64,000 nucleotides of DNA from Terracidiphilus sp. (GCA_049520855.1 JBEKPI010000001.1:9625-73624), one strand, 5' to 3'; positions 46,530-57,083 are shown, counted from the stretch's first letter. Program-made: numbers and translations. The notes: a model not told the origin generated them from the letters alone.

Positions 46530-47555
46530 ATGAAGATCACTCGACACGCGGAAATCTGGCTGTTGCCCTATTTGAGGGATCGTCTGCGGAAAGTTGTTCG
46601 GGCGTCAAAGCCGAGGCGCGCCTGGGTTGCCATCACCGATCACTACGAACCGCTGGGAATGGGGGCATCTCATGAGACTGCGGTCGAGCGGGTTGATAGG
46701 TGGCACGACAAGTGGCCGCGCATCGCCGAGGACGCTCCCAGGGATGCGGCTGGCCAGCGCCCGCAGTACAGCTTCTTTTACCCTCAGGAAGAGTACCGGC
46801 ACGATCTGCTCGAGGGCTTAGCGTCGATTGTGCGCCTTGGCGTCGGCGATGTCGAAGTACATCTGCATCACGACAACGAACAGCGCGACTCCTTCATCCA
46901 AAAAGTCACAGAGTATTGCCGCCGCCTGACGGATGATCACGGCCTGCTTCGCCAGCAGGATGGCCGCACAGTCTTCGGCTTCATCCATGGCAACTGGGCG
47001 CTCGACAACTCGCTCCCGGATGGAAAGTGGTGCGGCCTAAACGGGGAGATCGCCCTGCTGCGCGATCTTGGCTGCTACGCCGATTTCACCATGCCCTCTC
47101 TTCCCTCGGCGAGCCAGGGGCGCGTGGTGAACCAAATCTACTGGTGTACAAGCAATCCCGACAATCGGCCACGATCCTTCGATCGCGGGATTGAGGCCAG
47201 CGAAGGCGGCGGAAAGCGCGGCGACCTGCTGATGATCACGGGTCCGCTCGGCCTCCGCTTCGGCGAACGGCTGCTGCCGCGCATTGAAACCGGGGAGATC
47301 GCGGGCAACGATCCGCCGTCGCCCTTGCGGGTACGCCGGTGGTTCGATCTGGCGCCCACTATTGGCGACGATCTCTTTCTCAAGCTCCATACCCACGGCG
47401 CGCAGGAGAGAAACCTCGAGCCACTGCTCAACGGAGGGCTCGGCAACTTGTTTGGCTGGCTCGCGGAGGAGGCGGATCGAAGAGGCATCGATATCCATTG
47501 GGCCACGGCCTGGCAGATGTACCAGGCTGCCGCAGCCCTGATACATGGCAGCTAA
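46530..47555 (+). CDS. Hypothetical His/Asp-rich protein, possibly deacetylase-like barrel
   Basis: TDHYEP, EVHLHHD, FIHGNWALDN, YADFTMPS, KLHTHG; start set at ATG 46530. Confidence 0.65.
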   Translation: MKITRHAEIWLLPYLRDRLRKVVRASKPRRAWVAITDHYEPLGMGASHETAVERVDRWHDKWPRIAEDAPRDAAGQRPQYSFFYPQEEYRHDLLEGLASIVRLGVGDVEVHLHHDNEQRDSFIQKVTEYCRRLTDDHGLLRQQDGRTVFGFIHGNWALDNSLPDGKWCGLNGEIALLRDLGCYADFTMPSLPSASQGRVVNQIYWCTSNPDNRPRSFDRGIEASEGGGKRGDLLMITGPLGLRFGERLLPRIETGEIAGNDPPSPLRVRRWFDLAPTIGDDLFLKLHTHGAQERNLEPLLNGGLGNLFGWLAEEADRRGIDIHWATAWQMYQAAAALIHGS

Positions 47556-47607
47556 TCGGTCTCCCAAATGGGTCAATGATGGGTTAAGGTAACGAAGGGA
47601 ACTCAGG

Positions 47608-48687
47608 ATGCACGTGCTGCATGTAGTTGGCGCAAGGCCGAACTTTATGAAAGCGGCACCCGTCTATCGCGCGCTGGCCAGCCGAGGCCACGAGCAGACG
47701 CTGGTGCATACCGGCCAGCACTACGACGCGCTGATGTCGGATATCTTCTTTAAGACGTTAGAGATTCCGGCCCCAGACGAAAACCTCAACCTCGGTTCGG
47801 GGTCTCATGCGCAGCAAACCGCGGCGATCATGAGCCGCTTCGAGCCGGTGGTGCTGGCCCGCCAGCCGGAGATCGTGCTGGTCTATGGCGACGTGAATTC
47901 AACCGTCGCCGCCGCGCTGGTTTGCGCCAAGCTCGGAGTACGCGTAGGGCACGTCGAGTCGGGGCTGCGCTCCTTTGACCGCACGATGCCGGAGGAGATC
48001 AACCGCCTGGTGACCGACCAGCTCGCGGACCTTCTCTTCACTCCATCGGCAGACGGCGATGAAAACCTGGCGCGCGAGGGCATCGCCAAGAAAAAAATCT
48101 TCCTGGTCGGCAACGTTATGATCGATACATTGATCCAATTCCTGCCGAAAGCCGACGAAATCTTTCCCCGGCTAAAGGCGGAGCTTTCCCTGGGTTCTTA
48201 TGGATTGGTAACCCTTCATCGCCCTTCAAACGTCGATGACGAGGCAGCCTTCCTGCCGATGCTGCAAGCAATTGACGATTTGAGCCGTGAACTGCCGCTG
48301 ATCTTTCCCGTCCATCCACGCACACGCCAGAGGTGGGCGGCGCAACTCGATCGGTGCAATCCCAATCTGCGCGCCATTGAGCCGTTGGGCTACCTTGAGT
48401 TTCTCGCGTTGCAGAAGAACGCCACGGTTGTCATTACCGACTCGGGCGGCATTCAGGAGGAAACTACCTATCTGGGAACGCCGTGCCTCACAATGCGCGA
48501 GAACACCGAGCGCCCGATCACCATTACGCTGGGTACGAATCTTCTGGTCGGGCGCGATTGGGAGCTGCTCCGCAAAGGCTTTTATGTGGCGCTGAACGGT
48601 CCTCGCAAACAGACTGCCCCACCGCCGCTCTGGGACGGCAAGGCATCGGAGCGGATCGCCGAGATTCTTACCCGGCATGGTCTCTAG
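47608..48687 (+). CDS. wecB: UDP-N-acetylglucosamine 2-epimerase (non-hydrolysing)
   Basis: GARPNFMK, HTGQHYD, GDVNST, HVESGLRSFD, TLHRPSNVD, TDSGGIQEE. Confidence 0.95.
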   Translation: MHVLHVVGARPNFMKAAPVYRALASRGHEQTLVHTGQHYDALMSDIFFKTLEIPAPDENLNLGSGSHAQQTAAIMSRFEPVVLARQPEIVLVYGDVNSTVAAALVCAKLGVRVGHVESGLRSFDRTMPEEINRLVTDQLADLLFTPSADGDENLAREGIAKKKIFLVGNVMIDTLIQFLPKADEIFPRLKAELSLGSYGLVTLHRPSNVDDEAAFLPMLQAIDDLSRELPLIFPVHPRTRQRWAAQLDRCNPNLRAIEPLGYLEFLALQKNATVVITDSGGIQEETTYLGTPCLTMRENTERPITITLGTNLLVGRDWELLRKGFYVALNGPRKQTAPPPLWDGKASERIAEILTRHGL

Positions 48688-48737
48688 ATCAACACATTCG
48701 GGGCGCAATATGGTACTCGATAGGAGAGGCAAAGGCT

Positions 48738-48766
48738 TTGACAGACCAAAAAGCGCGTTCGATACT
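48738..48766 (+). promoter_or_regulatory. sigma70-type promoter upstream of the GT4 / radical SAM operon
   Basis: TTGACA-N17-GATACT. Confidence 0.5.
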
Positions 48767-48811
48767 CTATTCCGTTCCCGCGAGAAGGAACGGTTTTGCT
48801 GAGGCCACCGG

Positions 48812-50146
48812 ATGAGTGACTTGAATGTATTGCTAATAACCTACTCGTTTCCTCCCGCCGGCGGCGTGGGAGTCATGCGCGCCGCAAGCCTTGCGCGCTA
48901 CTTGCCCGCGGAGGGGATCCGGCTCGATGTGCTGACCGCGCGCAATGCGTCAACGGTAGGATACGATTCCGCGCTCCTCAAGGAGATTCCCGCCGAAGTC
49001 AAGGTTCACCGGACCCTCACGCTTGATCTCCCCTTTGGCTTCAAGAAGTGGGTCAAGAAGCTCATCACCGGAGGGAAACCCGTCAAGGATCGCGCATCGG
49101 GCGCCGCCCCGGCTGGCAAGCTAAACTTCCTTAAGAGGGCTATGCAAGATGCTCTGCTGCCCGACCCGCAGGTAACTTGGCTTCCAGTGCTTACACGCTT
49201 CGCCCGCTACATTGTGAAGAAGCGAGAGATCGACCTTGTTCTCATCACGGTGCCGCCTTTCTCCAGCGTTCTGTTGGTGGAGCGGCTTCGCAAGGCATTT
49301 CCTCACCTGGCCATTGTCGTTGACTTTCGCGATGAATGGCTCTCAACCACCATCGATTTGGTCAGCTTTTTGTTCAGCGCCGGCGAGCGAGCCCACAAGG
49401 TAGCGCGCAGTGCAGAGGCAAGCGCGGTGACAAATGCAACAGCCGTGGTTGCCGTTACCGAGGCCGCTCGGCGCGAGATTCGCGGTCGCTATCCGGAAGA
49501 GCCCGAAGACAAGTTCCATCTTATCCCGAACGGGTTTGACGCGCCCCGATTAACCGGCCCCGGGGGCTCCGCGGAACCCCGGCCCGGCGACAAGATCGTC
49601 GTCACGTATATAGGAACGATTTACAGCTCAACCGAACCAACCACGCTGGTTCAAGCTCTGCGATCGCTGCCGAACGAAGTGAAGTCCCGATTCAGACTTC
49701 GCTTTATCGGCCACATCGAGGAACCGCGCTTTCGCGAGGCCCTTTTGCAACTGGGCGGAATGGTGGAACTGAAGGGCTTTCTGCCGCAACACCAAGCTCT
49801 GGCCGAAATGAACGATACCGACTACGTTCTGCTGATCAACCACGATCCGCTGAACGTCGCGGCCAAGTTCTATGACTATATTGGCGGGGGCAAGCCCATT
49901 CTTGGCGCCCTCAACCCCAGGGGTGAAACACGCCGTCTCTTCGACGATCTACGGGTCGGCTGGTGGGCCGACATTCATAATGTCGAAGGCATCCGCCGGC
50001 TTTTCGTCGACGCCGCGGCCCGGGGCAAAGCGCTGGCCGGCGAGTTTCGGCCCGATCTGAAGAAAATATCGCTCTACGAGCGCAAGGTTCTTGCGCAGCG
50101 CTATGCAAGCCTGCTGCGTACCACCGTCCTTCACCAGCCCCGGTAG
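48812..50146 (+). CDS. Glycosyltransferase family 4-like
   Basis: YSFPPAGGVG, DFRDEW, IPNGFD, KFYDY. Confidence 0.85.
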   Translation: MSDLNVLLITYSFPPAGGVGVMRAASLARYLPAEGIRLDVLTARNASTVGYDSALLKEIPAEVKVHRTLTLDLPFGFKKWVKKLITGGKPVKDRASGAAPAGKLNFLKRAMQDALLPDPQVTWLPVLTRFARYIVKKREIDLVLITVPPFSSVLLVERLRKAFPHLAIVVDFRDEWLSTTIDLVSFLFSAGERAHKVARSAEASAVTNATAVVAVTEAARREIRGRYPEEPEDKFHLIPNGFDAPRLTGPGGSAEPRPGDKIVVTYIGTIYSSTEPTTLVQALRSLPNEVKSRFRLRFIGHIEEPRFREALLQLGGMVELKGFLPQHQALAEMNDTDYVLLINHDPLNVAAKFYDYIGGGKPILGALNPRGETRRLFDDLRVGWWADIHNVEGIRRLFVDAAARGKALAGEFRPDLKKISLYERKVLAQRYASLLRTTVLHQPR

Positions 50147-50311
50147 CCGACGGGTTCTTTCTAAGAAGGCGCCTGAGCGATTTCGAGTGCAGGCAACCGG
50201 ATCATGCTTGTATGCAGCCGAGTGGCGGAGTAGAATCTCCGCATGATCCCGAATTCTTTTATGCAGTGCGTCGTATGAAGAACGCCGAGAATTGCGTGCA
50301 CGGAGGAAACA

Positions 50312-51733
50312 ATGAGGGTTTTGCTGGCTGACCCGCCTCAGCGCGAGAGCGATTACGATGCCGCCTACCCCAACATGGGGATTCTTTACTTGATAGGCAG
50401 CGCGAGACAGCGTTTTTCTGGTTCCGGCATCAGCATTGAATACCTGGAAAGCCAGTATGACCTTGCAGGGCACCTGGAAGCCATAGCGCGCATCCAACCG
50501 GACCTCTATGGACTGTCCTACGCTTCTTTCACTTCCCCGCTCGCTCACCGGACAATTGCAGCCGTGCGCGAGCGATTTCCGGGGCTTCCAATTATTGCCG
50601 GCGGCGCGCATCCAACGGCCGCTTGGGAACAAGTGATCCGAGAGACCGCTGTCGATGTCTGTGTTATTGGAGAAGGCGAAGATGTCTTCTGCGATGTTGT
50701 GGCCCACTTTGCCGGCCAGGGCAAGGCCCTGGAGGATATTCTGGGCATCGCCTTCCGCCGCGAGGGCGCTCCCTTCCGCACCGCGAAACGTCCGCCCATC
50801 AAGAATTTGGATACCATCCCGTCTCCGGCGTGGGATCTCATCGATTTTGCCAAGTACAAAGGGATGCACCTGCATCAAGCTGAGCCACAGACCTATGTCG
50901 TGGTGAGCCGCGGCTGCCCGTTCGATTGCGGCTTCTGTTCCAATCCAATCTGGAAAGAGAGCAAGCCGTGGGTTCGGCTCCGCGGGGCGCAATCGGTTGC
51001 CGAAGAGGTCGAGCAGTTGTACCAGCGGGGCATCCGCGAGGTCTACCTGAGCGCCGACGAATTCAACGTGAATCTCGATTGGCCGATCAAAGTCGCGCGG
51101 GCACTTCAGAGTCTCGGGCACAGCGACCTGCATTTTCAATGCAATGTTCGCGCCGACAAGGTCAACGAGGAATTGGCGTGTGAGTTTCGCAAGATGAACC
51201 TCTGGATGGTCCATATCGGCGTGGAAAGCGGAAACCAGCGCACCATAGACGGCCTCAAGAAGCGCATCGAACTCGATCAAGTGGTCAACGCCTGCCAGAT
51301 CTTTCAGGCTCAAGGCATTAAGGTATTCGGCTTCCTTATGCTCTATCATGCATGGGAAGAGGAGGGGCAGCTTGCCTTTGAGACCCCGGCCGAAGTGAAT
51401 AAGACCTTTGAATTCGCGCGGCGCCTGTTGCGCGCGGGATTGATCAACTATATGTCATGGCAAGTGGCGACGCCGTATCCTGGATCTCGTCTTTGGGGGA
51501 CCGCCCAAAAGTTTGGCCTGCTCTGCGACTCCCACCGCTTCGGCGACGTGCGGGAAAAGGCTATGAATCTGCCCGGCGTTTCCGAGCGGGATATTCGCCG
51601 CTCATTGCGCAAAGGCTACGTGATAAAGACTTGGTATGCTATCAAGTCAGGCCACATAAGTTGGAGGCATTTGACCCGCGCCCGCCAGGTCTTGGCAATC
51701 ATGCTCAACCAGGACTGGCTAAAGGCCAAGTGA
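50312..51733 (+). CDS. B12-binding radical SAM protein (class B methyltransferase-like)
   Basis: GGAHPT cobalamin-domain motif; SRGCPFDCGFC (CxxxCxxC); GVESGNQ; ATPYPGS. Confidence 0.9.
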   Translation: MRVLLADPPQRESDYDAAYPNMGILYLIGSARQRFSGSGISIEYLESQYDLAGHLEAIARIQPDLYGLSYASFTSPLAHRTIAAVRERFPGLPIIAGGAHPTAAWEQVIRETAVDVCVIGEGEDVFCDVVAHFAGQGKALEDILGIAFRREGAPFRTAKRPPIKNLDTIPSPAWDLIDFAKYKGMHLHQAEPQTYVVVSRGCPFDCGFCSNPIWKESKPWVRLRGAQSVAEEVEQLYQRGIREVYLSADEFNVNLDWPIKVARALQSLGHSDLHFQCNVRADKVNEELACEFRKMNLWMVHIGVESGNQRTIDGLKKRIELDQVVNACQIFQAQGIKVFGFLMLYHAWEEEGQLAFETPAEVNKTFEFARRLLRAGLINYMSWQVATPYPGSRLWGTAQKFGLLCDSHRFGDVREKAMNLPGVSERDIRRSLRKGYVIKTWYAIKSGHISWRHLTRARQVLAIMLNQDWLKAK

Positions 51734-51793
51734 GCATATACTGGGGATCGGATTCAGTATCCAAACCTAGCCTGCCGGAACGGAACGATAGCC

Positions 51794-52972
51794 ATGCTCA
51801 GGATTGCCGTCGTCACCGCGCATTTCCCCAGTTCGGCTCAGCCCACCCACGGCCGGCCTGCCTATGAAACGCTGCGCGTCCTCTCCGAAACGTCAGAGGT
51901 TCAGGTCTTCTATCCCCATGCGGCGTACCCGTCCTTGCTCAAACCGCGATCCTACAACTCAGCTGCCCTCGACACCTCCTATAGCTTGCCTGGCGTGAAG
52001 GCCCGCTACTACAACTACCCTGCGCTGCCCCTGGTTTCGCGCCCGTTCAACGGCTGGATGGCAGCCCACGCCCTGCTGCCTCTTGTCCGCGGCTTTGCGC
52101 CGGATATTATCTTCAGCTACTTTCTTTACCCGGATGGATATGCCGCGCTCAAGATCGGCAAAGCGCTCTCGGTTCCCGTCGTGGCCATGGGTGTTGGCTC
52201 CGATGTTCACAATATCGGCGATCGATTTTCGGCAATGCACACCCGCGCCGTTCTCAGCAAAGCCGATTATCTAGTCGCGATCAGCGGCGATCTGCGCGAG
52301 CGAATGGTGGCCATGGGCGCTCCGCCTGAAAGAACCCGCGCGATCCTCAGCGGCTGCGACCTCTCCGTCTTCCACCCCAGCAACCGCCTTGAGGCGCGCC
52401 AGAAGCTCGGCATCGGCCCGGCGGTGGAGGCCGTCGTTTATATCGGGCGCATGGATGTGAAAAAGGGCCTTCGCGAACTCGTCGCAGCGGCGGCCTCCTT
52501 GCATCCTGCGCGTCCCAACTTGCATGTGTATCTGGTTGGCGAGGGGCCGGACAGGCCAGTGATCGAGAGCGCCATCCAGGCGAACAACGCCGACCGTTAC
52601 ATCCACGCGCTGCCCCAGTGCAGCTTTGCCGATGTCGCCGTCTGGATGGCGGCGGCCGATCTGGTCACCTTGCCGAGTTACATGGAAGGCTGTCCCAACG
52701 CAGTGCTTGAGGCGCTCGCCAGCGGCCGGCCTGTCGTCGCCACCAGCGTTGGCGGCATCCCCGAAATCCTTAGCAAAGAATGTGGACGCCTCGTGCCCCC
52801 TCGCGACCCCGGCGCGCTGGCGCAGGCCCTGGCATCGGTCCTCGACAGAACCTGGGACGCCCAGGCCATCTCCGCGGAGGAGAGTCGAAGCTGGAAGGAC
52901 GTTGCGGCGGAGCTGCTCAAGATTTTCGAATCGCTTGTATCCTATCGCCAGGAGGGAGCCAATGCCCGTTAG
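51794..52972 (+). CDS. Glycosyltransferase family 4
   Basis: LYPDG, GSDV, LPSYMEGCPNAVLEALASG, VGGIPE. Confidence 0.9.
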   Translation: MLRIAVVTAHFPSSAQPTHGRPAYETLRVLSETSEVQVFYPHAAYPSLLKPRSYNSAALDTSYSLPGVKARYYNYPALPLVSRPFNGWMAAHALLPLVRGFAPDIIFSYFLYPDGYAALKIGKALSVPVVAMGVGSDVHNIGDRFSAMHTRAVLSKADYLVAISGDLRERMVAMGAPPERTRAILSGCDLSVFHPSNRLEARQKLGIGPAVEAVVYIGRMDVKKGLRELVAAAASLHPARPNLHVYLVGEGPDRPVIESAIQANNADRYIHALPQCSFADVAVWMAAADLVTLPSYMEGCPNAVLEALASGRPVVATSVGGIPEILSKECGRLVPPRDPGALAQALASVLDRTWDAQAISAEESRSWKDVAAELLKIFESLVSYRQEGANAR

Positions 52973-53002
52973 CCTGCCGCAGAACCGTCCGGAAGGCTGC
53001 CC

Positions 53003-53608
53003 ATGAGCGCGCTGCGCAAAGTCGGCCGATGTCTCAAGAGCTTACTCACGGCCATCGGACTGATCACCGTCCTGGTGATTTCCACGCCCATCGTCTCGTG
53101 GTGGGCGCGGGCTTACTCCGGCCCCATCGAGCGGCCTAAAGGCGACATTCTCATCCTGCTCAGCGCCGCGGACGACGACCGGGGAGGCATCTCCTTTTCA
53201 TCGTACTGGCGAGCGCGCGAGGCGATCTTTGCCTGGCAGACCGGCGGATTCAAGACGATTGTGGTCACCGGCGGCGGCGGCCCGGGCATCCTCGACTACT
53301 TGATCGTCGAAGGCATTCCCCGCGAAGCCATCGTGGCCGAGTGGCGATCTTCCAACACCCGCCAAAGCGGAATCGAGATGGCGCGCATGACGCAAAACAT
53401 GCCCGGCAAGAAGGTACTGCTGACCAGCGACTTTCACATGTACCGCGCGCTTCGCGTCTTCCGCAAGCTCGGCATCGACGTCACGCCCATGGCGGTTCCG
53501 GATGTGCTTCACTCGACCGAACATTGGAACGGACGCTTTTCCGGCTTCGAGACCATGCTGGTGGAGTCTGGCAAGATCGCCTACTATGCGATTCGCGGGT
53601 GGATATAG
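53003..53608 (+). CDS. YdcF / DUF218 family envelope protein
   Basis: N-terminal TM; VTGG, LLTSDFHMYRA. Confidence 0.82.
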   Translation: MSALRKVGRCLKSLLTAIGLITVLVISTPIVSWWARAYSGPIERPKGDILILLSAADDDRGGISFSSYWRAREAIFAWQTGGFKTIVVTGGGGPGILDYLIVEGIPREAIVAEWRSSNTRQSGIEMARMTQNMPGKKVLLTSDFHMYRALRVFRKLGIDVTPMAVPDVLHSTEHWNGRFSGFETMLVESGKIAYYAIRGWI

Positions 53609-53769
53609 ATCGACTCTCCAGTCCACATTGCATACCGGGCGCCCTGCAAGCCGCTCTTTACTCCCGCGCCAGCGGCAAGGACTGATGGTTGTATCATGGA
53701 CCATGTGCCGGCAAGAGGAATCAATCGGATCATAGCTTTGATCCATGTTTTGTTGGGAAAGAAGGCCAG

Positions 53770-54852
53770 ATGAGCCTGAAGATCGCGATTGTCGGATGCG
53801 GCAAGATCGCGGATGCGCATGTTGAGGAGATCCGAAAAATACCCTCCGTTCATTTGTGCGCCGTCTGCGATCTGGAGCCGATCATGGCCGAGCAGTTAGC
53901 CGTTCGCTATTCTGTTCCGCAATGGTACTCCGATGTTGCGAAGATGCTCGAAGCGGAGAGGCCCGACGTCCTGCACATTACAACGCCGCCGCAATCGCAT
54001 CTGCCGCTTACCGAGCAAGCGCTCGCGGCAGGCTGCCATGTATTCATCGAGAAACCCATTGCGCTGCGCTATAGCGACGCTCAAGCTATCATCGCGGCGG
54101 CAATCGCGGCGGGCAAGAAGCTTGCTGTGAATTACTGGCCGAGGTTCGAGGCTCCCGCCCTTGAGTTGCGCCGGCTGCATGAATCGGGAGTGCTTGGCAA
54201 CCCAGTTCATGTGGAGAGCTCTATCGGTTATGACTTGCAGGGAGAATTCGGAATGGCATTGAGGCGCGACCCCCAGCACTGGGTGCGCCGGCTTCCCGGC
54301 AAGTTGTTTCAGAACGTCCTGGACCATGTCCTGAATAAGATAACTCCATTTCTGGAGGACGAGAATCCTTTCATTCAAGCCATAGCCTGGCAAGCGGAAG
54401 CCGCTGCAGGCGAGGGCGGCAGCGATGAGCTTCTGGATGAATTGCGCGTGATGATACGGGGCGCGCAGGTAAGCGCCTATGCGACTTTCTCCGCGCATGC
54501 CCGCCCGGTCGGGCAAATATTGCGGGTTTATGGAACGAAGAACACCGCGCATGTTGACTACATCGCGCGCACCGTTGTTCTCGAGAGAAAGCAGACTTTC
54601 CCGTCCGCTCTGGGCCGCTTGTTTCCACCGTTCCTGGCCGCGAAGGATCACTTGCGGCAAGGCTTGAAAAATGTGAATAGCTTCTCTCATGCGCGTTTCC
54701 ATTTTTTCGATGGCATGCGCCGCCTGCTCGAAGATTTCTATCTCAGCATTGAAAAGGATTCGCCCCCGCCGATTGACTACGGGGAGATACTGCGCGTCTC
54801 GGCAATGATGGAGCGAATCTTCGAACAGGTTTATCCGGAGGTGCGCGCTTGA
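53770..54852 (+). CDS. Gfo/Idh/MocA family oxidoreductase
   Basis: IVGCGKIA, HITTPPQSH, HVFIEKP; start set at ATG 53770. Confidence 0.9.
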   Translation: MSLKIAIVGCGKIADAHVEEIRKIPSVHLCAVCDLEPIMAEQLAVRYSVPQWYSDVAKMLEAERPDVLHITTPPQSHLPLTEQALAAGCHVFIEKPIALRYSDAQAIIAAAIAAGKKLAVNYWPRFEAPALELRRLHESGVLGNPVHVESSIGYDLQGEFGMALRRDPQHWVRRLPGKLFQNVLDHVLNKITPFLEDENPFIQAIAWQAEAAAGEGGSDELLDELRVMIRGAQVSAYATFSAHARPVGQILRVYGTKNTAHVDYIARTVVLERKQTFPSALGRLFPPFLAAKDHLRQGLKNVNSFSHARFHFFDGMRRLLEDFYLSIEKDSPPPIDYGEILRVSAMMERIFEQVYPEVRA

Positions 54853-55883
54853 AAGTCCTGGTCACAGGCGCGGGCGGTTTCCTCGGAGTGCATGTCGTCG
54901 AGCGCCTGCTTGCTCATGGTTATACGGATATCAGGTGCTTTCTCCGCGACAGTGGCAAGACTGAGCGGCTGTTGACCTTGCCGGAGTCACATTCTGGCCC
55001 TAAGCTGGAGCTATGCTACGGCAATCTGCGTTCGAAATCCGACTGCGCGCTGGCCGTAGCGGATGTCTCGCTGGTCATTCATCTGGCAGCGGGATTGAAA
55101 GGCGCGCCGGCGGAGCTATTCGCAGACTCGGTGGTCGCTTCCCGCAACCTGCTTGACGCCTTGGAAGAGCGCGACGGTATACCGATCCAAGAGACCCGCG
55201 TAGTTCTTGTAAGCTCTTTTGGCGTCTACGGGGCGGCGGCCTTGCCGCGGGGCACCCTGATCGACGAGGGGACGCCGCTTGAGGAACATCCTGAACTGCG
55301 TGACACCTACTCCCATTCCAAGCTGCGGCAAGAGCAATTGTTCCGGGATTATCAGCAAAAAGCAGGTTTTCAGCTTGTCGTACTGCGCCCAGGCGTGATT
55401 TACGGGCCGGGCGGCGGGGCCTTCTCCAGCCGGGTTGGCTTGCAGATAGGGCCAGTATTCTTCCATCTGGGAGGAAGCAATCTGCTCCCCCTGGCTTATG
55501 TCGTCAATTGCGCGGAGGCGATTGTTTTGGCGGCTGGGCATCCCGCCGCGGCAGGGCAAGTCTACAACGTACATGACGATGACCTGCCGACCGCATCCCG
55601 GTATCTGCGTGAATATAAGAGGCATGTCAAGCAGATGCGCTCGATCCGCCTGCCCTATTTTGCCACCAGGATGCTGGCTAGATTCCTGGAAGCGTACTAT
55701 CGGCGTTCCCAAGGCCAGTTGCCGGCAATCATCACTCGCTACAAGGCCGCGGCAGCCTGGGGTGGAAACAGGTTCGACAACGCCAAGCTGCATACGCTCG
55801 GTTGGAGCCAATTGGTCGCGACGCCGGATGCAATGGCGAAGACATTCGAGCATCTGCGAAGGCAAGATGCGAGGCGGCAATAG
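54849..55883 (+). CDS. NAD-dependent epimerase/dehydratase
   Basis: VTGAGGFLG, HLAAG, VSSFGVY, YSHSK, LRPGVIYG. Confidence 0.9.
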   Translation: MKVLVTGAGGFLGVHVVERLLAHGYTDIRCFLRDSGKTERLLTLPESHSGPKLELCYGNLRSKSDCALAVADVSLVIHLAAGLKGAPAELFADSVVASRNLLDALEERDGIPIQETRVVLVSSFGVYGAAALPRGTLIDEGTPLEEHPELRDTYSHSKLRQEQLFRDYQQKAGFQLVVLRPGVIYGPGGGAFSSRVGLQIGPVFFHLGGSNLLPLAYVVNCAEAIVLAAGHPAAAGQVYNVHDDDLPTASRYLREYKRHVKQMRSIRLPYFATRMLARFLEAYYRRSQGQLPAIITRYKAAAAWGGNRFDNAKLHTLGWSQLVATPDAMAKTFEHLRRQDARRQ

Positions 55884-55922
55884 TTGTCGGGGATTATCGA
55901 AGTACGGCCCGGCGAAGCCGCT

Positions 55923-57044
55923 TCAATGCGGCTTTCTCCCGGTCAACGCCGGCTTGATCTCTTTGGGTTTCGTTGCGGCCTGCATATGGATATGCCTTGA
56001 GGCCGAATTCCTTGCCTTGTGCGGTGTTTCCAATGCTCCGCCGGCTTGCGAGTCTTGCAGCTTATAGAGCAGCGACCTATAGCTGATGTTGAGCCATTTG
56101 GCAGTCTTCCGGCGGCTCCAGCTATTCGCCTCCAGCACCTTCAGTATGATCTGCCGCTCCAAATCCTGCGTGGCGGCCTTGGTAATCTCCTTCAGCGAAA
56201 CGGGGCTGGCCAGATCGATTTTGGTATTCAGCCCGGCCGAACTCGTCCGGACAGTCGAAACCAGATCCGCCGCCAAGGACTCTTCGCTGCCGATCAGAAT
56301 ATAGCTGCGAATCATGTTTTCCAGTTGCCGTATGTTTCCAGGCCAGTCGTACCGCTGCATCAAGCGCGTCACCTCGCGCGAAAGCGGCTTCGGAGCGCGG
56401 TGAAATGCCTTCGCATGTCGATCAATGAAGTAGTCGATCAACATGGGCAGATCAACGGCCCGCTGGCGCAAGGGCGGCAATTCGATGGTCACGGCGTTGA
56501 TACGGAAAAAGAAATCCAGCCGAAAGCCTCCATCCTCGGCTTGCTGCCGCAGGTTGTCGCTGGCCGCGCTGACCAGCCGGGTATTGACCTTTCTCGATTC
56601 CTGTCCGCCGACACGCATAAAGCTGCCATCCTGAAGCATCTGCAGCAGCTTGGCCTGAACCGACATATCCAGGTCGCCAATCTCATCGAGAAACAGGGTC
56701 CCCATGTGCGCCAGTTCGACACGGCCGCGCTTGGTTGCATAGGCTCCGGTAAAAGCCCCTTTTTCATAACCGAAGAGTTCCGACTCGATCAGCGAGTGCG
56801 GAATCGCGGGGCATGCCACCTTGACCCATGCGCCCTTCGAGCGGTTGGAGTAAGCATGAAGCAGTTTTGCAAAAATCTCCTTGCCCGTTCCGCTCTCGCC
56901 CTGTAGCAGCACCGGAACCGTCGTCGCGGCAACCCGCTCCAGCTTTTCCCGAGCAACGGCCATCAGGGCTGTTTGGCCGAAGACCACCTCCATCGGAGGA
57001 AGATCGCGGGTATCGGCTGATTCGGTTGCGCGCGCCAGAGGCAT
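55923..57044 (-). CDS. sigma54 activator lacking an N-terminal sensory domain
   Basis: GESGTGKE, ESELFGYEKGAFTGA, FLDEIG, FFRIN, WPGNIRQL, HTH ISYRSLLYK; ATG 57044 preferred (track start 57074). Confidence 0.88.
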   Translation of the reverse strand: MPLARATESADTRDLPPMEVVFGQTALMAVAREKLERVAATTVPVLLQGESGTGKEIFAKLLHAYSNRSKGAWVKVACPAIPHSLIESELFGYEKGAFTGAYATKRGRVELAHMGTLFLDEIGDLDMSVQAKLLQMLQDGSFMRVGGQESRKVNTRLVSAASDNLRQQAEDGGFRLDFFFRINAVTIELPPLRQRAVDLPMLIDYFIDRHAKAFHRAPKPLSREVTRLMQRYDWPGNIRQLENMIRSYILIGSEESLAADLVSTVRTSSAGLNTKIDLASPVSLKEITKAATQDLERQIILKVLEANSWSRRKTAKWLNISYRSLLYKLQDSQAGGALETPHKARNSASRHIHMQAATKPKEIKPALTGRKPH

Positions 57045-57083
57045 AGTCAATCCAAAATTCAAGATTCGATTCACATTCCTGTA

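Noticed and set aside
49949-51349. 466-aa antisense ORF opposite the radical SAM gene; similar long shadow ORFs at 2684-3670, 9323-10222, 11126-12022, 37149-38174, 61452-62696
   Set aside because: No motifs, fully overlap well-supported genes, and are expected from biased codon use in GC-rich DNA.
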